Shown here piece by piece: positions 36,017 through 50,190 of a stretch of 64,000 nucleotides of DNA. Position 1 is the stretch's first letter. Each line of letters opens with the position of its first letter. The notes beneath the pieces were generated by a model. The model ran no database searches, had not been told where the DNA came from, and saw nothing but the letters and a program-made list of their open reading frames with translations. Position numbers and translations under genes: made by a program. Origin of the DNA: Octopus vulgaris (taxonomy: Eukaryota); the NCBI GenBank assembly GCA_951406725.2, contig OX597818.1, positions 142,414,001-142,478,000 on the forward strand, written 5' to 3'.

Positions 36017-36081
<65 letters not shown>

Positions 36082-36766
36082 TGCATATATAGACACATAT
36101 ACATAACAATACATGCATACACATGTGTATGTATATCTATATACACATATGCATGTATACATACTCTGAGGAGAAAAAGTGAGGGAGAGAGGATGAATTA
36201 TGTAGGATAGTTTTTTTAGAAAAAAAAGAAAGCACTTCAACGTAATTCCTGACAATAAAATACCAGCTATTTTCTGTGTTACCCCAATAAATTTCAATTA
36301 CGTCATTAAAAAAAACCACACATCCGTCAGTGGTGCTCCCTCCCTCTGTAAACTTTAAATAACTCAACAGGATGTACATACTCAAAAAACATCATTAACC
36401 AAAGCAAACTAACATCATATAGGAAATATAGAGATGAAGTGCCACACTGAAGGATATTGGAGGGGTGAAAGTTGGTAGTAGGAGTGGTATTTGGAATTTT
36501 GGTGAAAGTTCTGGTATTTAGAATTATGATAGAAATAGTGATTGGATCTGCAATGATTAAAAGGAATGTTGTTGTCATCGTCATTCTTTAGTCCCATGTC
36601 AGCTCTGATCAAATAGTTCAATGATCAAAGACCTTCAAGATATGGCAATCTATGAGTCTTTTCAAACATTATTTATTCATAATATATTGTCCAATAGGTC
36701 TCTTACTTTTAAGACAGTATTTTGAGCAGCAACATAGAGGTATCTTCATTTGCTCGTTAAAGTGAC

Positions 36767-37361
36767 TTTCAAAGTGTAATGAGAAAAGTGGTGTTTGGAA
36801 GTGTAATAACAGAGGTGGTATTTGAAAGTGTAATTACAGAAGTAGTGTTTGGAAGTGAAATGGAAGAAGTGGTATTTCAAAGTGTAATCATAGAAGTGGT
36901 GTTTGGCAGTGTAATGGTAGAAGCAGCATTTGTAAGTGTAATGACAGAAGCAGTGTTTGGAAGTGTTATAGTGGAAGCAGTGTTTGGAAGTGTAACGGAA
37001 GAAGCATATTTTGAAAGTGTAATGGTAGAAATGGTGTTTGGAAGTGTAATGGTAGAAGTAATATTTGGAAGTGTAATGGTAAGAGTAGTGTCTGGAAGTG
37101 TAATGGAAGAAGTGCTGCTTGGAAGTGTAAGTGTAGAAGCAGTGTTTTGAAGTGTAATGGTAGAAGTTGTCTTGAAGTGTAGTATCAAAATGGTGCTTGG
37201 AAGAAGTATAATGAGAGAAGCAGCATTTGGAGTTGTAATGGTAGAAGTAGTGCTTGGAAGTGTAATGGTAGAAGCAGTATTTAGAACTGTAAAAGAAGAA
37301 GCAGTGTTTGGAAATGTAATTAAAGAAGCACTGTTTGGAAGTGTAATCGTAGAAGTGGTGT
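36767..37361. repeat. Diverged monomeric 27-bp satellite
   Basis: Consensus TTGGAAGTGTAATGGTAGAAGTGGTGT. Confidence 0.9.
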
Positions 37362-39737
37362 TTGAAAGTGTAATGACAAAAGAGGTGTTTGGAAGAAGTG
37401 TAATGAGAGAAGCAACATTTGGAAGTGTAATGACAGAAGTGATGTTTGGAAACGTAATGGTAGAAACAGTGTTTGGAAGTGTAATTGTAGAGTGGTGTTC
37501 GGAACTGTAATTGCAGAGTGGTGTTTGAAAGTGTAATGACAAAAGAGGTGTTTGGAAGAAGTGTAATGAGAGAAGCAACATTTGGAAGTGTAATGACAGA
37601 AGTGATGTTTGGAAACGTAATGGTAGAAACAGTGTTTGGAAGTGTAATTGTAGAGTGGTGTTCGGAACTGTAATTGAAGAGTGGTGTTTGAAAGTGTAAT
37701 GACAAAAGAGGTGTTTGGAAGAAGTGTAATGAGAGAAGCAACATTTGGAAGTGTAATGACAGAAGTGATGTTTGGAAACGTAATGGTAGAAACAGTGTTT
37801 GGAAGTGTAATTGTAGAGTGGTGTTCGGAACTGTAATTGAAGAGTGGTGTTTGAAAGTGTAATGACAAAAGAGGTGTTTGGAAGAAGTGTAATGAGAGAA
37901 GCAACATTTGGAAGTGTAATGACAGAAGTGATGTTTGGAAACGTAATGGTAGAAACAGTGTTTGGAAGTGTAATTGTAGAGTGGTGTTCGGAACTGTAAT
38001 TGAAGAGTGGTGTTTGAAAGTGTAATGACAAAAGAGGTGTTTGGAAGAAGTGTAATGAGAGAAGCAACATTTGGAAGTGTAATGGCAGAAGTGATGTTTG
38101 GAAACGTAATGGTAGAAACAGTGTTTGGAAGTGTAATTGTAGAGTGGTGTTCGGAACTGTAATTGAAGAGTGGTGTTTGAAAGTGTAATGACAAAAGAGG
38201 TGTTTGGAAGAAGTGTAATGAGAGAAGCAACATTTGGAAGTGTAATGACAGAAGTGATGTTTGGAAACGTAATGGTAGAAACAGTGTTTGGAAGTGTAAT
38301 TGTAGAGTGGTGTTCGGAACTGTAATTGAAGAGTGGTGTTTGAAAGTGTAATGACAAAAGAGGTGTTTGGAAGAAGTGTAATGAGAGAAGCAACATTTGG
38401 AAGTGTAATGGCAGAAGTGATGTTTGGAAACGTAATGGTAGAAACAGTGTTTGGAAGTGTAATTGTAGAGTGGTGTTCGGAACTGTAATTGAAGAGTGGT
38501 GTTTGAAAGTGTAATGACAAAAGAGGTGTTTGGAAGAAGTGTAATGAGAGAAGCAACATTTGGAAGTGTAATGACAGAAGTGATGTTTGGAAACATAATG
38601 GTAGAAACAGTGTTTGGAAGTGTAATTGTAGAGTGGTGTTCGGAACTGTAATTGCAGAGTGGTGTTTGAAAGTGTAATGACAAAAGAGGTGTTTGGAAGA
38701 AGTGTAATGAGAGAAGCAACATTTGGAAGTGTAATGACAGAAGTGATGTTTGGAAACGTAATGGTAGAAACAGTGTTTGGAAGTGTAATTGTAGAGTGGT
38801 GTTCGGAACTGTAATTGAAGAGTGGTGTTTGAAAGTGTAATGACAAAAGAGGTGTTTGGAAGAAGTGTAATGAGAGAAGCAACATTTGGAAGTGTAATGG
38901 CAGAAGTGATGTTTGGAAACGTAATGGTAGAAACAGTGTTTGGAAGTGTAATTGTAGAGTGGTGTTCGGAACTGTAATTGAAGAGTGGTGTTTGAAAGTG
39001 TAATGACAAAAGAGGTGTTTGGAAGAAGTGTAATGAGAGAAGCAACATTTGGAAGTGTAATGACAGAAGTGATGTTTGGAAACGTAATGGTAGAAACAGT
39101 GTTTGGAAGTGTAATTGTAGAGTGGTGTTCGGAACTGTAATTGAAGAGTGGTGTTTGAAAGTGTAATGACAAAAGAGGTGTTTGGAAGAAGTGTAATGAG
39201 AGAAGCAACATTTGGAAGTGTAATGACAGAAGTGATGTTTGGAAGTGTAATGGTAGAAACAGTGTTTGGAAGTGTAATTGTAGAGTGGTGTTCGGAACTG
39301 TAATTGAAGAGTGGTGTTTGAAAGTGTAATGACAAAAGAGGTGTTTGGAAGAAGTGTAATGAGAGAAGCAACATTTGGAAGCGTAATGACAGAAGTGATG
39401 TTTGGAAGTGTAATGGTAGAAACAGTGTTTGGAAGTGTAATTGTAGAGTGGTGTTCGGAACTGTAATTGAAGAGTGGTGTTTGAAAGTGTAATGACAAAA
39501 GAGGTGTTTGGAAGAAGCGTAATGAGAGAAGCAACATTTGGAAGTGTAATGACAGAAGTGATGTTTGGAAACGTAATGGTAGAAACAGTGTTTGGAAGTG
39601 TAATTGTAGAGTGGTGTTCGGAACTGTAATTGAAGAGTGGTGTTTGAAAGTGTAATGACAAAAGAGGTGTTTGGAAGAAGTGTAATTGTAGAAGCAGCAT
39701 TTGGAAGAGCAATGACAGAAGTGGTGTTTAGAAGTAT
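37362..39737. repeat. 163-bp higher-order repeat of six monomers (27+30+27+27+26+26), 14 full units plus a partial unit
   Basis: The marker TTCGGAACTG recurs every 163 bp from 37498 to 39617. Confidence 0.95.
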
Positions 39738-40129
39738 GGTGATGAATATGACATATTCAATTCTTTTATCCCAAAACATGAGCCTGTCTAAAAAATACGA
39801 ATACATATGATTATCTAATAATGAATATATTATAACTGCGCAGGGGCCAGATCATCCTGACTGAAATAGTTATAGTCGTAGATCTTTTCAATAAGAGCTG
39901 AAATAGAGGTAACCAATAACAACAGCAACTCCATGTCCTCTCTCTACCTCAATCTCAAATGATGGGTAATATTCCAAGATTTCAAAACCATTTTCCTTAT
40001 ATTAACTCAACTTAGGAACTTTGTTATGGACTAAAATAAAAGCAAGGTGGATACAATTCATCATTTGAACCATTTGCTGTCCACATGTAAAATATTTCAC
40101 ATTGCTAATAGGAAGTTTTTGTATGGGAA

Positions 40130-40548
40130 GGGATATGGCAGACACCCATAAAATTATCAACCATCGTACAAACAATAACTCTGAGCACCTTTTCAAACTC
40201 CACCCATCTAACACCCGTGGACATATTTACAAAGTAAGAAAACAGCACAGCTCCCATGACTTCAGGAAACATTTTTTCACGCTGAGAGTTGCTGAAGTGT
40301 GGAACAAACTGCCGGCATCAGTTGTTAGTTGTCGGAGCACTGCATCCTTCAAAACTTCCATGCCTCCTGAGATTCGCCAACACTACACTTGATTTTCTCC
40401 CCTCCATACACACACAAGCATGTATCTGACTCATACATTGTTCACTTTCCAGACATTTCTACATTACTGCATGTACTTTATATGCACTTTCTGACAAGTT
40501 GTGGTGCATCTGAGCACTGTATACAATAATTTCATTATTATTATTATT
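40130..40548 (+). mobile_element. CR1-clade LINE 3' end
   Basis: NTRGHIYKV...RKHFFTLRVAEVWNKLPASVVSCRSTASFK, then a 3' UTR ending in (ATT)n. Confidence 0.88.
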
Positions 40549-41111
40549 TTTTTTTTATAACTATTCTATTGCGATGTAATTTAAACAAAATACAATAAAA
40601 ACACTTGAACTGTATATGAAGTTCTTGAAATCTAGAATTTGGAAGACCACATTTTGTAAACATCTCTAGTATCCGTTTAGCTAATATTCATTAGAGAAAA
40701 CTTGGATTTACAATTGTAAGTAAGGAATATAATATGAGCTTTGTTTTGAGTTAACAATACTGATGCTTGTTTACACATACAAAAATTTTTGAAATAAACA
40801 TATATATACACACACCATATCTGTTTCCATTTTTTATGTGAAAATAGGAATGTTTAAAAGATATATTCATTCCTTTTACACATACATATATAATGTACAT
40901 ACAAATACATACACACACACACACACACAGATATACACATGTCTGTGTGCAGTCACACACACACACACGCTTGTGGTGATAATAAGTAAAGTTGTTTACT
41001 GTACATTGGAACACTAAACATCATAATTAAGCTACATCGTTTTATTAAAGAACTGTAATAAGAATCTAATAGAAACAACATCATGAACATGATACAGAAC
41101 AGGAAACAAAA

Positions 41112-41194
<83 letters not shown>

Positions 41195-41289
41195 CCATAC
41201 ATGTTTACATCATCTTCATCTAAGATGAGTGCACCTACAGTGGTGCTCCAGCATGACTGAAACCACATGACTAAAATGAGTAAAAGAAA

Positions 41290-41630
41290 AGAAAGCACCT
41301 TTTGAGCGTTGGGCCTCATAGAGGCAATGATAAATGACTGAGATCCTTGGCAATATGCTGTGCCTCAGCAGGATACCCATCAAGCCAAGTGAAATAATAG
41401 TCGTGGCATATACTGGTGTCACACGACTGGCACCTGTGCTGGTAGCACATAAAAGCACTCATTATACTCTCAGACTGGTTGGAATTAGGAAAGGCATCCA
41501 GCCATAGAAACCATACCAAATCAGACTGGAGTCTGGTGCAGCCCCTCAGCTTCCCAGCCCTGGTCAAACCGTTCGACTCATGCCAGCATGGATAACGGAT
41601 GTTAAATGATGATGATGATGATGATGATGA
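41290..41630 (+). mobile_element. SINE family C, longer variant
   Basis: GGTAGCACATAAAAGCAC...AGGAAAGGCATCCAGCC...CGGATGTTAAAT-(GAT)n. Confidence 0.8.
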
Positions 41631-42278
41631 TAACACAGTGTGAAGCAATTGTTGTTGTCACTAGACTTAACTCATCATGAGTGATGATATCCAGACTACA
41701 GTGGGAAAGGCAAGCCACTGGGTTTGGTTGAAAAGAGATGATCAGCAATAGTTAGAAGAATACTGAGTGAAACCTCATTTCAGTAGGTGGAGCCAGTGCA
41801 CAATAATGCTGTCGAGGAGAAGGCCCCAAAATGCAGCACATTCTCTCCTGATGACCTCATAAGTTTGCTAGTATCCAGTATGTAGAGCTTTCATCTGGTA
41901 ACACTTGCTTTTGCAAGTTGCTTGCAAAAAATCTAAATATATATACACACTATGAGGATATTTAAACCTTTAGATTCACTACACACCTATATACAAGGTA
42001 ATCTTGCTTACAATTATTATTAAGTTAGCAATTTTCTCTAATCCTGCAATCACAATTTTCATTAACATCATTATTTATACAATTCCTACATTTATCATTT
42101 CTATTATTTTCCTCATCAATATTATTATTAATCATGTATTTGGCTTAGAAAGAGAATCAATATGGGTTATTTCATTCTATTATTACAAATTACCTTAACA
42201 TCATTTTTACTTGAATTTTGATTGTTATGAAAAATATCTAATTTTCTATTACTAATTATATATGATTCCAAAAAGATT

Positions 42279-42312
<34 letters not shown>

Positions 42313-42853
42313 TACTTACATACTTTTATTTATATTGGGTGTATATGCATTTTATTGGTTGGACTGTAATAGGATAATAAGTGAGTACTGTTCAGTCTGC
42401 AGCCTTTCATTTTATCACTATATTAAATTACATCCAATCAAATTGATAGTATAAGACTAAATTAAAAATTAGAAAAAAACCCTGAAAGATAATAACATGA
42501 TAATTGATAAGGTAGAACATACAATTATGTATTTTCCCACAATGTTGAATGTGACAAACTGTACAAAGATATCATGTACTAAAAGGTCAGCAGGCCAGCC
42601 TATAGTTAGTTACAATAAATATTAACTCTTAGAAGCATATCTGCAGAACTGTGGCCCATCATATTCTTGTATAAAATAATGAAATGTGTAAATTCCACAG
42701 CAGATCACTGCAGCACAATCAAGGCTGTGTAGTAAAGAAGATTGTTTCATTACCCCATGGTTCTGGATTCAATCCCAGCGGGTGGCATATTAGGCAAATG
42801 TCTTCTACCATAGCTTAACAGATGCCTTGTGAAATTTGGTAAACTAAAACTTC

Positions 42854-42894
<41 letters not shown>

Positions 42895-43124
42895 TTCAAG
42901 TAATCTGGTAGTACTCCTAAGAAAGTTGCTTAATGTATCATGCTACAAAACATATAGAATATGTAATACAATACAAGAGAAAATGATAAGAAGTGTATAG
43001 AGTCGTAAATGACAGAGAAATAGTTTGATGAAATTTTATTTAATAAGAAAATTCTAATATCACAACAAATTGTTTTGTAACTTAAAATATATAAATAATT
43101 TATATTATATTTATTATATTTTAA

Positions 43125-43344
43125 CCCTTTCGTTACCAACCAGGGTGAAACCGGCTTTGGCTCTGAGTACAAATGTCTTGTTTTCATGAGCTTTGAATTA
43201 AAATCTTCCACCAAACCTTAGTCACAATTTATGTTCCTAACACTAGCTGAATGATAACTAAGTTATTTTACTAAATTCTTTGTTATATTTAAAGTAATTG
43301 AAAGAAACACAGAGCACCTCAAAATAAATACAGTAACGAAAGGG
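43125..43344. mobile_element. piggyBac-type MITE family F (220 bp)
   Basis: TTAA-CCCTTTCGTTAC...GTAACGAAAGGG-TTAA, with perfect 12-bp TIRs. Confidence 0.88.
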
Positions 43345-43740
43345 TTAAATGCATAAAATCCTTCAAAATAATGCAGAATTTAAGCTTCCTCAATGTGTTT
43401 CACCTAAGTCTTCTTTGGTGTGCTGTACTGGATTTTTCCAGTTTATATTATTAATACTTATGTACGTTTCACCACTTTTGTTGCTTGGAATCTTCATTGG
43501 ATGTTTCAAGTGCATTTGGATGCTTAACCAGGATGGATCAACAGGAAATACTTTATTCCATTAAGTTATAAGAGAACTGATGTCAAGTATTTTGGTAGAA
43601 AGAAAGCATTTGGCAGATAAAAAAAAGAACTAATAATATAAACGCATGATTGTCTTAACTTTCCCTACATTTGCTCTATTTTCCACAACTAGTAATACTA
43701 TTAAGTATATTAGTTACTTGGCCAATATATTGGAAGCAGA

Positions 43741-43975
43741 TAGGGCCACAAGCTGGCAGAATCGTTAGCACGCTGGGCGAAATGCTTAGCAGTATTTCGT
43801 CTGACGTTATGTTCTGAGTTCAAATTCCACCAAGGTTCGCTTTGCCTTTCATCCTTTCAGGGTCAATTAAATAGGTACCAGTTACGCACTGAGATCGATG
43901 TAATCGACTTAACTCCTTTGTCTGTCCTTGTTTGTCCTCCTCTATGTTTAGCCACTTATGGGCAATAAAGAAATA
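43741..43975 (+). mobile_element. SINE family B with 17-bp TSD
   Basis: AATATATTGGAAGCAGA at 43724-43740 and 43976-43992. Confidence 0.9.
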
Positions 43976-44659
43976 AATATATTGGAAGCAGACTGGAACA
44001 TGAAGATCTATGTGGAACTCTAAATATAATAGCAGCAGTCATACAGCTATTTGAACACACAAGATATTCTAATATACTAATAAATATGATATAGCCAGCC
44101 ACCACTCAGGAGTGAATATGGCTTAGTTAAGAGGTACCATGCTTTTGCAAATTGTTTTGTGTGTCAATATAATAGCATGCAAACAGAAATGCCCAACCAG
44201 TCCTTCACCCTAACCCAGTGTTATATCTCAGATGTGATAGCTTGAGAGAGAGGGGGAGAAGAGAGAAGGAGAGAAAACTCATGGAGTAACATGAAATGAG
44301 GTACCTTGTTCAAGGACACAATGCACTGTCCATTCCAGGAACTGAACCTGAGCACCCTGACTGCTAGGCCATATACACCTATGTCAACCCAGATCTACAG
44401 TAAAAGCCATTTACTTCATCTTGTGAATGAATACATATATATATACACACATTACATATAAGAAACAATAGAATTGTTAGTTGCAGATATGTATCTATAT
44501 GTTGTCATCATCATTTAGCATCCATTGACAGCTGGTAAGCCAGAGAGTTGCACCAGACTCCAGTCTGTTTTGGCAAATTTCTAAGGCTGGATATCCTTCC
44601 TAATGCCAACAATTCCACAGAGTGTAGTGTGTGTGAATATATATATATATATATATATA

Positions 44660-45005
44660 TATTCTGAGACCCCCTTTGGTCACGACACACACCATGGGAT
44701 CGCACCTAGACAGTTACCCTCCGAGGCACAAGTCCGGGCAAGGTTGTTTTTTATGGAAGACCAGCAGTCACCCATGCATACCGGCCTCCCCTCTCCATGC
44801 CACCAGTGTTATCCAAGGGAAAGGCAAAGGCCGATACAGCTTGGCACCTGTGACGTCGCAACTCATTTCTACAGCTGAGTGAACTGGAGCAACGTGAAAT
44901 AAAGTGTCTTGCTCAAGAACACAACACGCAGCCTGGTCCGGGATTCAAGCTCACAACCTCACGATCATAAGCTCGACGCTATAACCACTGAGCCATGCGC
45001 CTTCA
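44660..45005 (-). mobile_element. tRNA-derived SINE family D, long-tail variant
   Basis: Head GGCGCATGGCTCAGTGGTTATAGCG...TTGAATCCCGG, then GTGTTCTTGAGCAAGACAC. Confidence 0.8.
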
Positions 45006-45098
45006 CACACACACACACACATATATATAAAGAACAATAGCTTTCTTGGTTACATATTTGTATTTATCTCTCTCTCTTATCTATCTATTGTTTATCTG

Positions 45099-45158
<60 letters not shown>

Positions 45159-45224
45159 CACACACACACAGAGCTAATCCTCATTTTAACAGACTGACAT
45201 GATGTATTTCAGACTTAACAACTA

Positions 45225-45255
<31 letters not shown>

Positions 45256-45521
45256 TTAAAATACATTATGTTTCTGATAAAACCATTTTCAACCATACTA
45301 TCAAATGGTAAAGAAAAGAATTACAGATTTTTTTTTCATTATAATTCAATAATTTTACATTGTGCAGAAGTTTATATTGTATCAAAGCTTTTTTAAAAAA
45401 TTTTTTTACTCTATATAATAAACCATTAAAGATGTTCCCTAGGTTTCTTTTGATTTAACAGACCTTCAGCATTAACAAACATATTTATTTATTAGTCTGT
45501 TAATCAATGCTTGAAACTGTG

Positions 45522-45561
<40 letters not shown>

Positions 45562-46068
45562 GTGCAAAAAATGTAGACCAATATATAATACATATCCTTT
45601 TATTTTAGCAGTAGATATTTTTCATTCAACATATTTATGGAAATTTCATTGTCTGTTAGAGATGTTTAGATTAGGTGTATACCCACCCCCACCCACATGC
45701 CAAACAGATACTCTTCCTAGTATCATGTATTCAAATGTGGTTTAAGTATGTGGTACTGAGCTTCGTTTATGTTAGATAATATTAGTTAACAAATATAGTC
45801 AGAGTTATGTACCTTGATTAAAAAACATACTACAACGTTAAAAAAATAATCATTTCTTAAATAAGTATAAAAACTACACAAATTTATTGGCAAATTTGGG
45901 AAATTGAAGAGTGTGCCATGTTATTAAGCTTTGTAACTGAAATGAGCAATAATGGAAAAATGAAATTACCTTTGATTTACTTTGGTAGAAGGTACAGCTT
46001 ACAAAATACCCCCAACTAGTTTAATAAAGAATAAAATTTCTATCTCTCTCTATACATTTTATACATAC

Positions 46069-46446
46069 ATCATCATCATCATCATCATCATTTAGCGTCC
46101 GCTTTCCATGCTAGCATGGGTTGGATGGTTCAACTGGGGTCTGTGAAGCCAGAAGGCTGCACCAGGCCCAGTCAGATCTGGCAGTGTTTCTACGGCTGGA
46201 TGCCCTTCCTAACGCCAACCACTCCGTGAGTGTAGTGGGTGCTTTTTACGTGCCACCCGCACAGGTGCCAGACGGAGCTGGCAAACGGCCATGATCGGAT
46301 GGTGCTTTTTATGTGCCACCGGCACGGGGGCCAGGCGAGGCTGGCAATGGCCACGAACGAATGGTGCTTTTTACGTGCCACTGGCACGAGGCCAGTCTGG
46401 GCGGCGCTGGCAACGGCCACAAACGGATGGTGCTTTTTATGTGCCA
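46069..46446 (-). mobile_element. SINE family C with three-plus internal 62-66 bp tandem units
   Basis: GGTGCTTTTTA(C/T)GTGCCA at 46238, 46301, 46363 and 46429. Confidence 0.88.
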
Positions 46447-46632
46447 AATGTCTATATACATATGCGAACATATACACAAGTATAACTACAAATAAGGATA
46501 TATACATATATACAAGGCTGGCCTAAGTAATAAAACAATGTCAAAAGCAGGTATATTTAAAATAATAAAAACTAATACACCTACATGTTGTTCCTTTGCT
46601 GGATTTTGTCTTTTATTTTCTGTATATTTGAA

Positions 46633-47004
46633 CTCTTTTACTCCATGCTGGAGCACCGCCTTTTAATCGAGCAACTCGGCCCCGGGACTTATTCTTTTGT
46701 AAGCCCAGTACTTATTCTATCAGTCTCTTTTGCCGAAACGCCAAGTAACGGGGACATAAACACACCAGCATCGGTTGTCAGGCAATGCTAGAGGGACAAA
46801 CACAGACACACGAACACACACACACACATATATATATACATATATACGACGGGCTTCTTTCAGTTTCCGTCTACCAAATCCACTCACAAGGATTTGGTCG
46901 GCCCGAGGCTATAGTAGAAGACACTTGCCCAAGGTGCCACGCAGTGGGACTGAACCCGGGACCATGTGGTTGGTAAACAAGCTACTTACCACACAGCCAC
47001 TCCT
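46633..47004 (-). mobile_element. SINE family A, near full length
   Basis: Near-identical to 493-898. Confidence 0.9.
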
Positions 47005-47326
47005 ATATTTAAAATAAACCACCAGTACATATTCACACCATACAAATATCTATCTATCTATCTATATATATATATATATATATATATTTCTTTTATTTGT
47101 TTCGATCATTTGATTGCGGTCATGCTGGAGCACCAGCTTTTAGTCAAAGAAATCGCCCCCAGGACTGATTCTTTGTAAGCCTGGTACTTATTCTATTGGT
47201 CTCTTTTGCTGAACCGCTAAGTTATGGAGACATAAACACACCAACATTAGTTGTCAAGCGATGGTGGTGGTGGTGGTGGTGGTGGTGGTTTGGAACAAAC
47301 ACAGACACAAACACACACATACACGT

Positions 47327-47570
47327 GGGCGTGTGTGGCTTAGTGGGTAGGGTGTTGCACTCATGATCGTAAGATTGTGGTTTCAATTCCTGATTGGGCA
47401 ATGCATTGTGTTCTTGAGCAAAACTCTTCATTCTATGTTGCTCCAGTCCACTCAGTTGGTAAATATGAGCAATTCTGCAACAGACTGGCATCCCATCCAG
47501 GGGTGGAGGAGATATATTTAATACAGAATCTGGGAAACAAATCTTATGTGCCTGTGGCTCAGAAAGGACT
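47327..47570 (+). mobile_element. SINE family D
   Basis: GTGGCTTAGTGGGTAGG...GGTTTCAATTCC...CTGCAACAGACTGGCATCCCATCCAGGG. Confidence 0.75.
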
Positions 47571-48156
47571 TTTCATACTTTTTGATATATATACAGGATA
47601 GGCTTCTTTCAGTTTCCTTCCACCAAGTCCACTCACAAGGCTTTGGTCACCTTGGTGCCGTAGAAGGGGACATTTGCACAAGATCCCATCCAGTGAAACT
47701 GAACTTGGAACCATATATGTATACGCTCTCTCTCTCTCATACACTGCACATTTACTTTCTGACTGAAAGGGGGAACTCAGTGTTTAAGAAAGTGCATAAC
47801 AATGTCAAATAAATCTGGTGGTAGTCTACATCACATATAATTAGTCCAAAGTTAGGTCCACAGAAAAGGTGGATGAATTCAGTCGTCGTGATGAGTGAAG
47901 TTTCTCAAATTTCAGCATTGTTGCACTTCATCTGAGAATTAGGAAGAGAGGAAAAGTGTTGTTGCTTGATGGATTATATGCGTTGGTCAAACAACACTAG
48001 CAACAAAAATACTATTCTCTCTTTTTTCCCTTACTCTCTGAAGGATAGTGAAGACTTTTGATTATGCAGTTCTTCATTCCTCACAGCAACCAGACTTATC
48101 AAACTGATATATGAATTCTGCTATGCTATAATAGACTATACCACATCATATCTGTG

Positions 48157-48400
48157 GAGGTACATGGCTTAGTGGTTAGGGTGTCAGCATCATGATTGTA
48201 AGCTTGTGGTTTCGATTCCTGGACCGGGCGACACGTTGTGTTCTTGAGCAAAACACTTCATTTCATGTTGCTCCAGTCCACTCAGCTGGCAAAAATGAGT
48301 AACACTGCGATGGACTGGCGTCCCGTCCAGCTGGGGAACAAATACGCCATAGAAACTGGGAAACCGGGCCCATGAGCCTGACAGGGCTTTAAAAAAAAAA
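48157..48400 (+). mobile_element. SINE family D
   Basis: ATGGCTTAGTGGTTAGG (A box)...GGTTTCGATTCC (B box)...CTGCGATGGACTGGCGTCCCGTCCAG. Confidence 0.85.
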
Positions 48401-49424
48401 GGGCACATTTATTTTATTTTTTTATTTCATATCTACTTCAGCACTATTTTGATTTATTTCAGGTTTCCTTTAGTATTTATAAATGTTGTGTACAATCACA
48501 TAATTATACAGCATTTACAGAGAACCACTACACTGTTGTTAGATTTAATAGAATTAGCAGTCAAATACATCTTAAAGCATATACTAGTGTCTTAAGAAAG
48601 GAAGGACAGTTTTAGATGCTTGTTACTTTAACTGTTTAGTATTCAAATTACTCTGTCAAATGTAATGGTTATTTATTCACATTGTTTTGAATTAATCATG
48701 CATTGTCTTGTAGCTTTGAGATTTTGATGATGTGTTTATTTTTAGGCTGACATTGCAGGACGGAGTGAGCGGCCCTGAGCCTGATATGGCCTGTTTGAAC
48801 GCTAAAGAGTTAAACAAAAATAAAGACACAATGGTCACAGAGTGTACATCTTTGATCATAGGCCTACACAGGCATGGCTGACCTGTAGTGAAACAACAAT
48901 GAAATTACCGACAGAAACAATATCAGTTGATAAAGGCATGTTCAAGTTTACTTTGTAATGTTCAGAATACTCTCTTTCAATATCAACAGTGTGTAAATAA
49001 AAATTATATTAATTAGAAACAATGGTAATGTCATGCACAATAAACACTATGGAAGAACATCCTTGACAAAAATAACCTCAACAACAACCACTATGGAAGA
49101 ACATCTTCAACATCTACAATAGTTATCAAGAATAGTGATGCCATCTACAACATCTATGGGACAACATCCTTGTCATTCATCATTTTAACATCCACTTTTC
49201 CATGCTTGCATGAGTCAGATGGAGTTTATTGCAGTAGGCTTAGATGCCCTTCCTGTTGCCAGCCATCACTGGTTTCCAAGAAAATAATATTTCCTCGTGA
49301 CTAGACTTGTTTTTGCACAACACTGGAAATGAACGACACTGCTTGTACAACAGTGACATTCATTTACAACTGTTATACAATGTTACGACAAAGAAACATA
49401 AACACACATACACATTTGTGTGTG

Positions 49425-49471
<47 letters not shown>

Positions 49472-49522
49472 TTGTGTGTGTATGTGTGTTTGTTCACACA
49501 CAATGGGATTCTTTCAGTTTCT

Positions 49523-49753
49523 TATTTCTTTACTGCCCACAAGGGGCTACACACAGAGGGGACAAACAAGGATAGACAAATGGATTAAGTTGATTATATC
49601 AACCCCAGTGCATAACTGGTACTTATTTAATCGACCCCAAAAGGATGAAAGGTAAAGTCAACCTTGGCAGAATTTGAACTCAGAACATAGCAGCAGACGA
49701 AATACCGCTAAGCATTTCGCCCGGCATTCTAACATTTCTGCCAGCTTGCCGCC
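49523..49753 (-). mobile_element. SINE family B with 14-bp TSD, nested in family A
   Basis: TTCTTTCAGTTTCT at 49509-49522 and 49754-49767. Confidence 0.9.
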
Positions 49754-50190
49754 TTCTTTCAGTTTCTGTCTACCAAATCCACTCACAAAGCCTAGGGCTA
49801 TAGCAGAACACACTTGTTCAAGGTGCTACACAGAGGAACTGAACCTGGGACCATGTAGTTAGGAATCAAACTTCTTACCACAAAAATCACACCAGTAATT
49901 AAGGTTATCTACTCAGAGCATTCTTGGTATTCTATTCTCCTTCTACATAGTCTACCTTTCCTAAACTATTTCAACAAACCCAAAACACTGTCATTTAACT
50001 ACATACAATATTCTATAAAACTATGTAAAGTTTACCATTCACTGCACAACATTTCAGTTGGTACAACTCCTCCAAATTTGTTTGATCAGAGTAGATTTGT
50101 GTAATTACAACAGTAGCTAATATATTTAATTCATTGAGCAATTACACCAAAGGTTGTAAGCTCATATCTGTAGTAAATGTATTACCAGAT

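Noticed and set aside
36158-36383. Insert with apparent 9-bp TSD TACATACTC
   Set aside because: The left copy lies in a TA/CA microsatellite where such a match is likely by chance, and no TIRs were seen.
37362-39643. CRISPR-like regular spacing
   Set aside because: The units are entirely repeated with no unique spacers, there are no cas genes, and the context is eukaryotic.
36746-39806. 828-988 aa minus-strand ORFs in all three frames
   Set aside because: They result from a stop-free satellite strand. The 163-bp unit is not a multiple of 3, and I see no splice or domain evidence.
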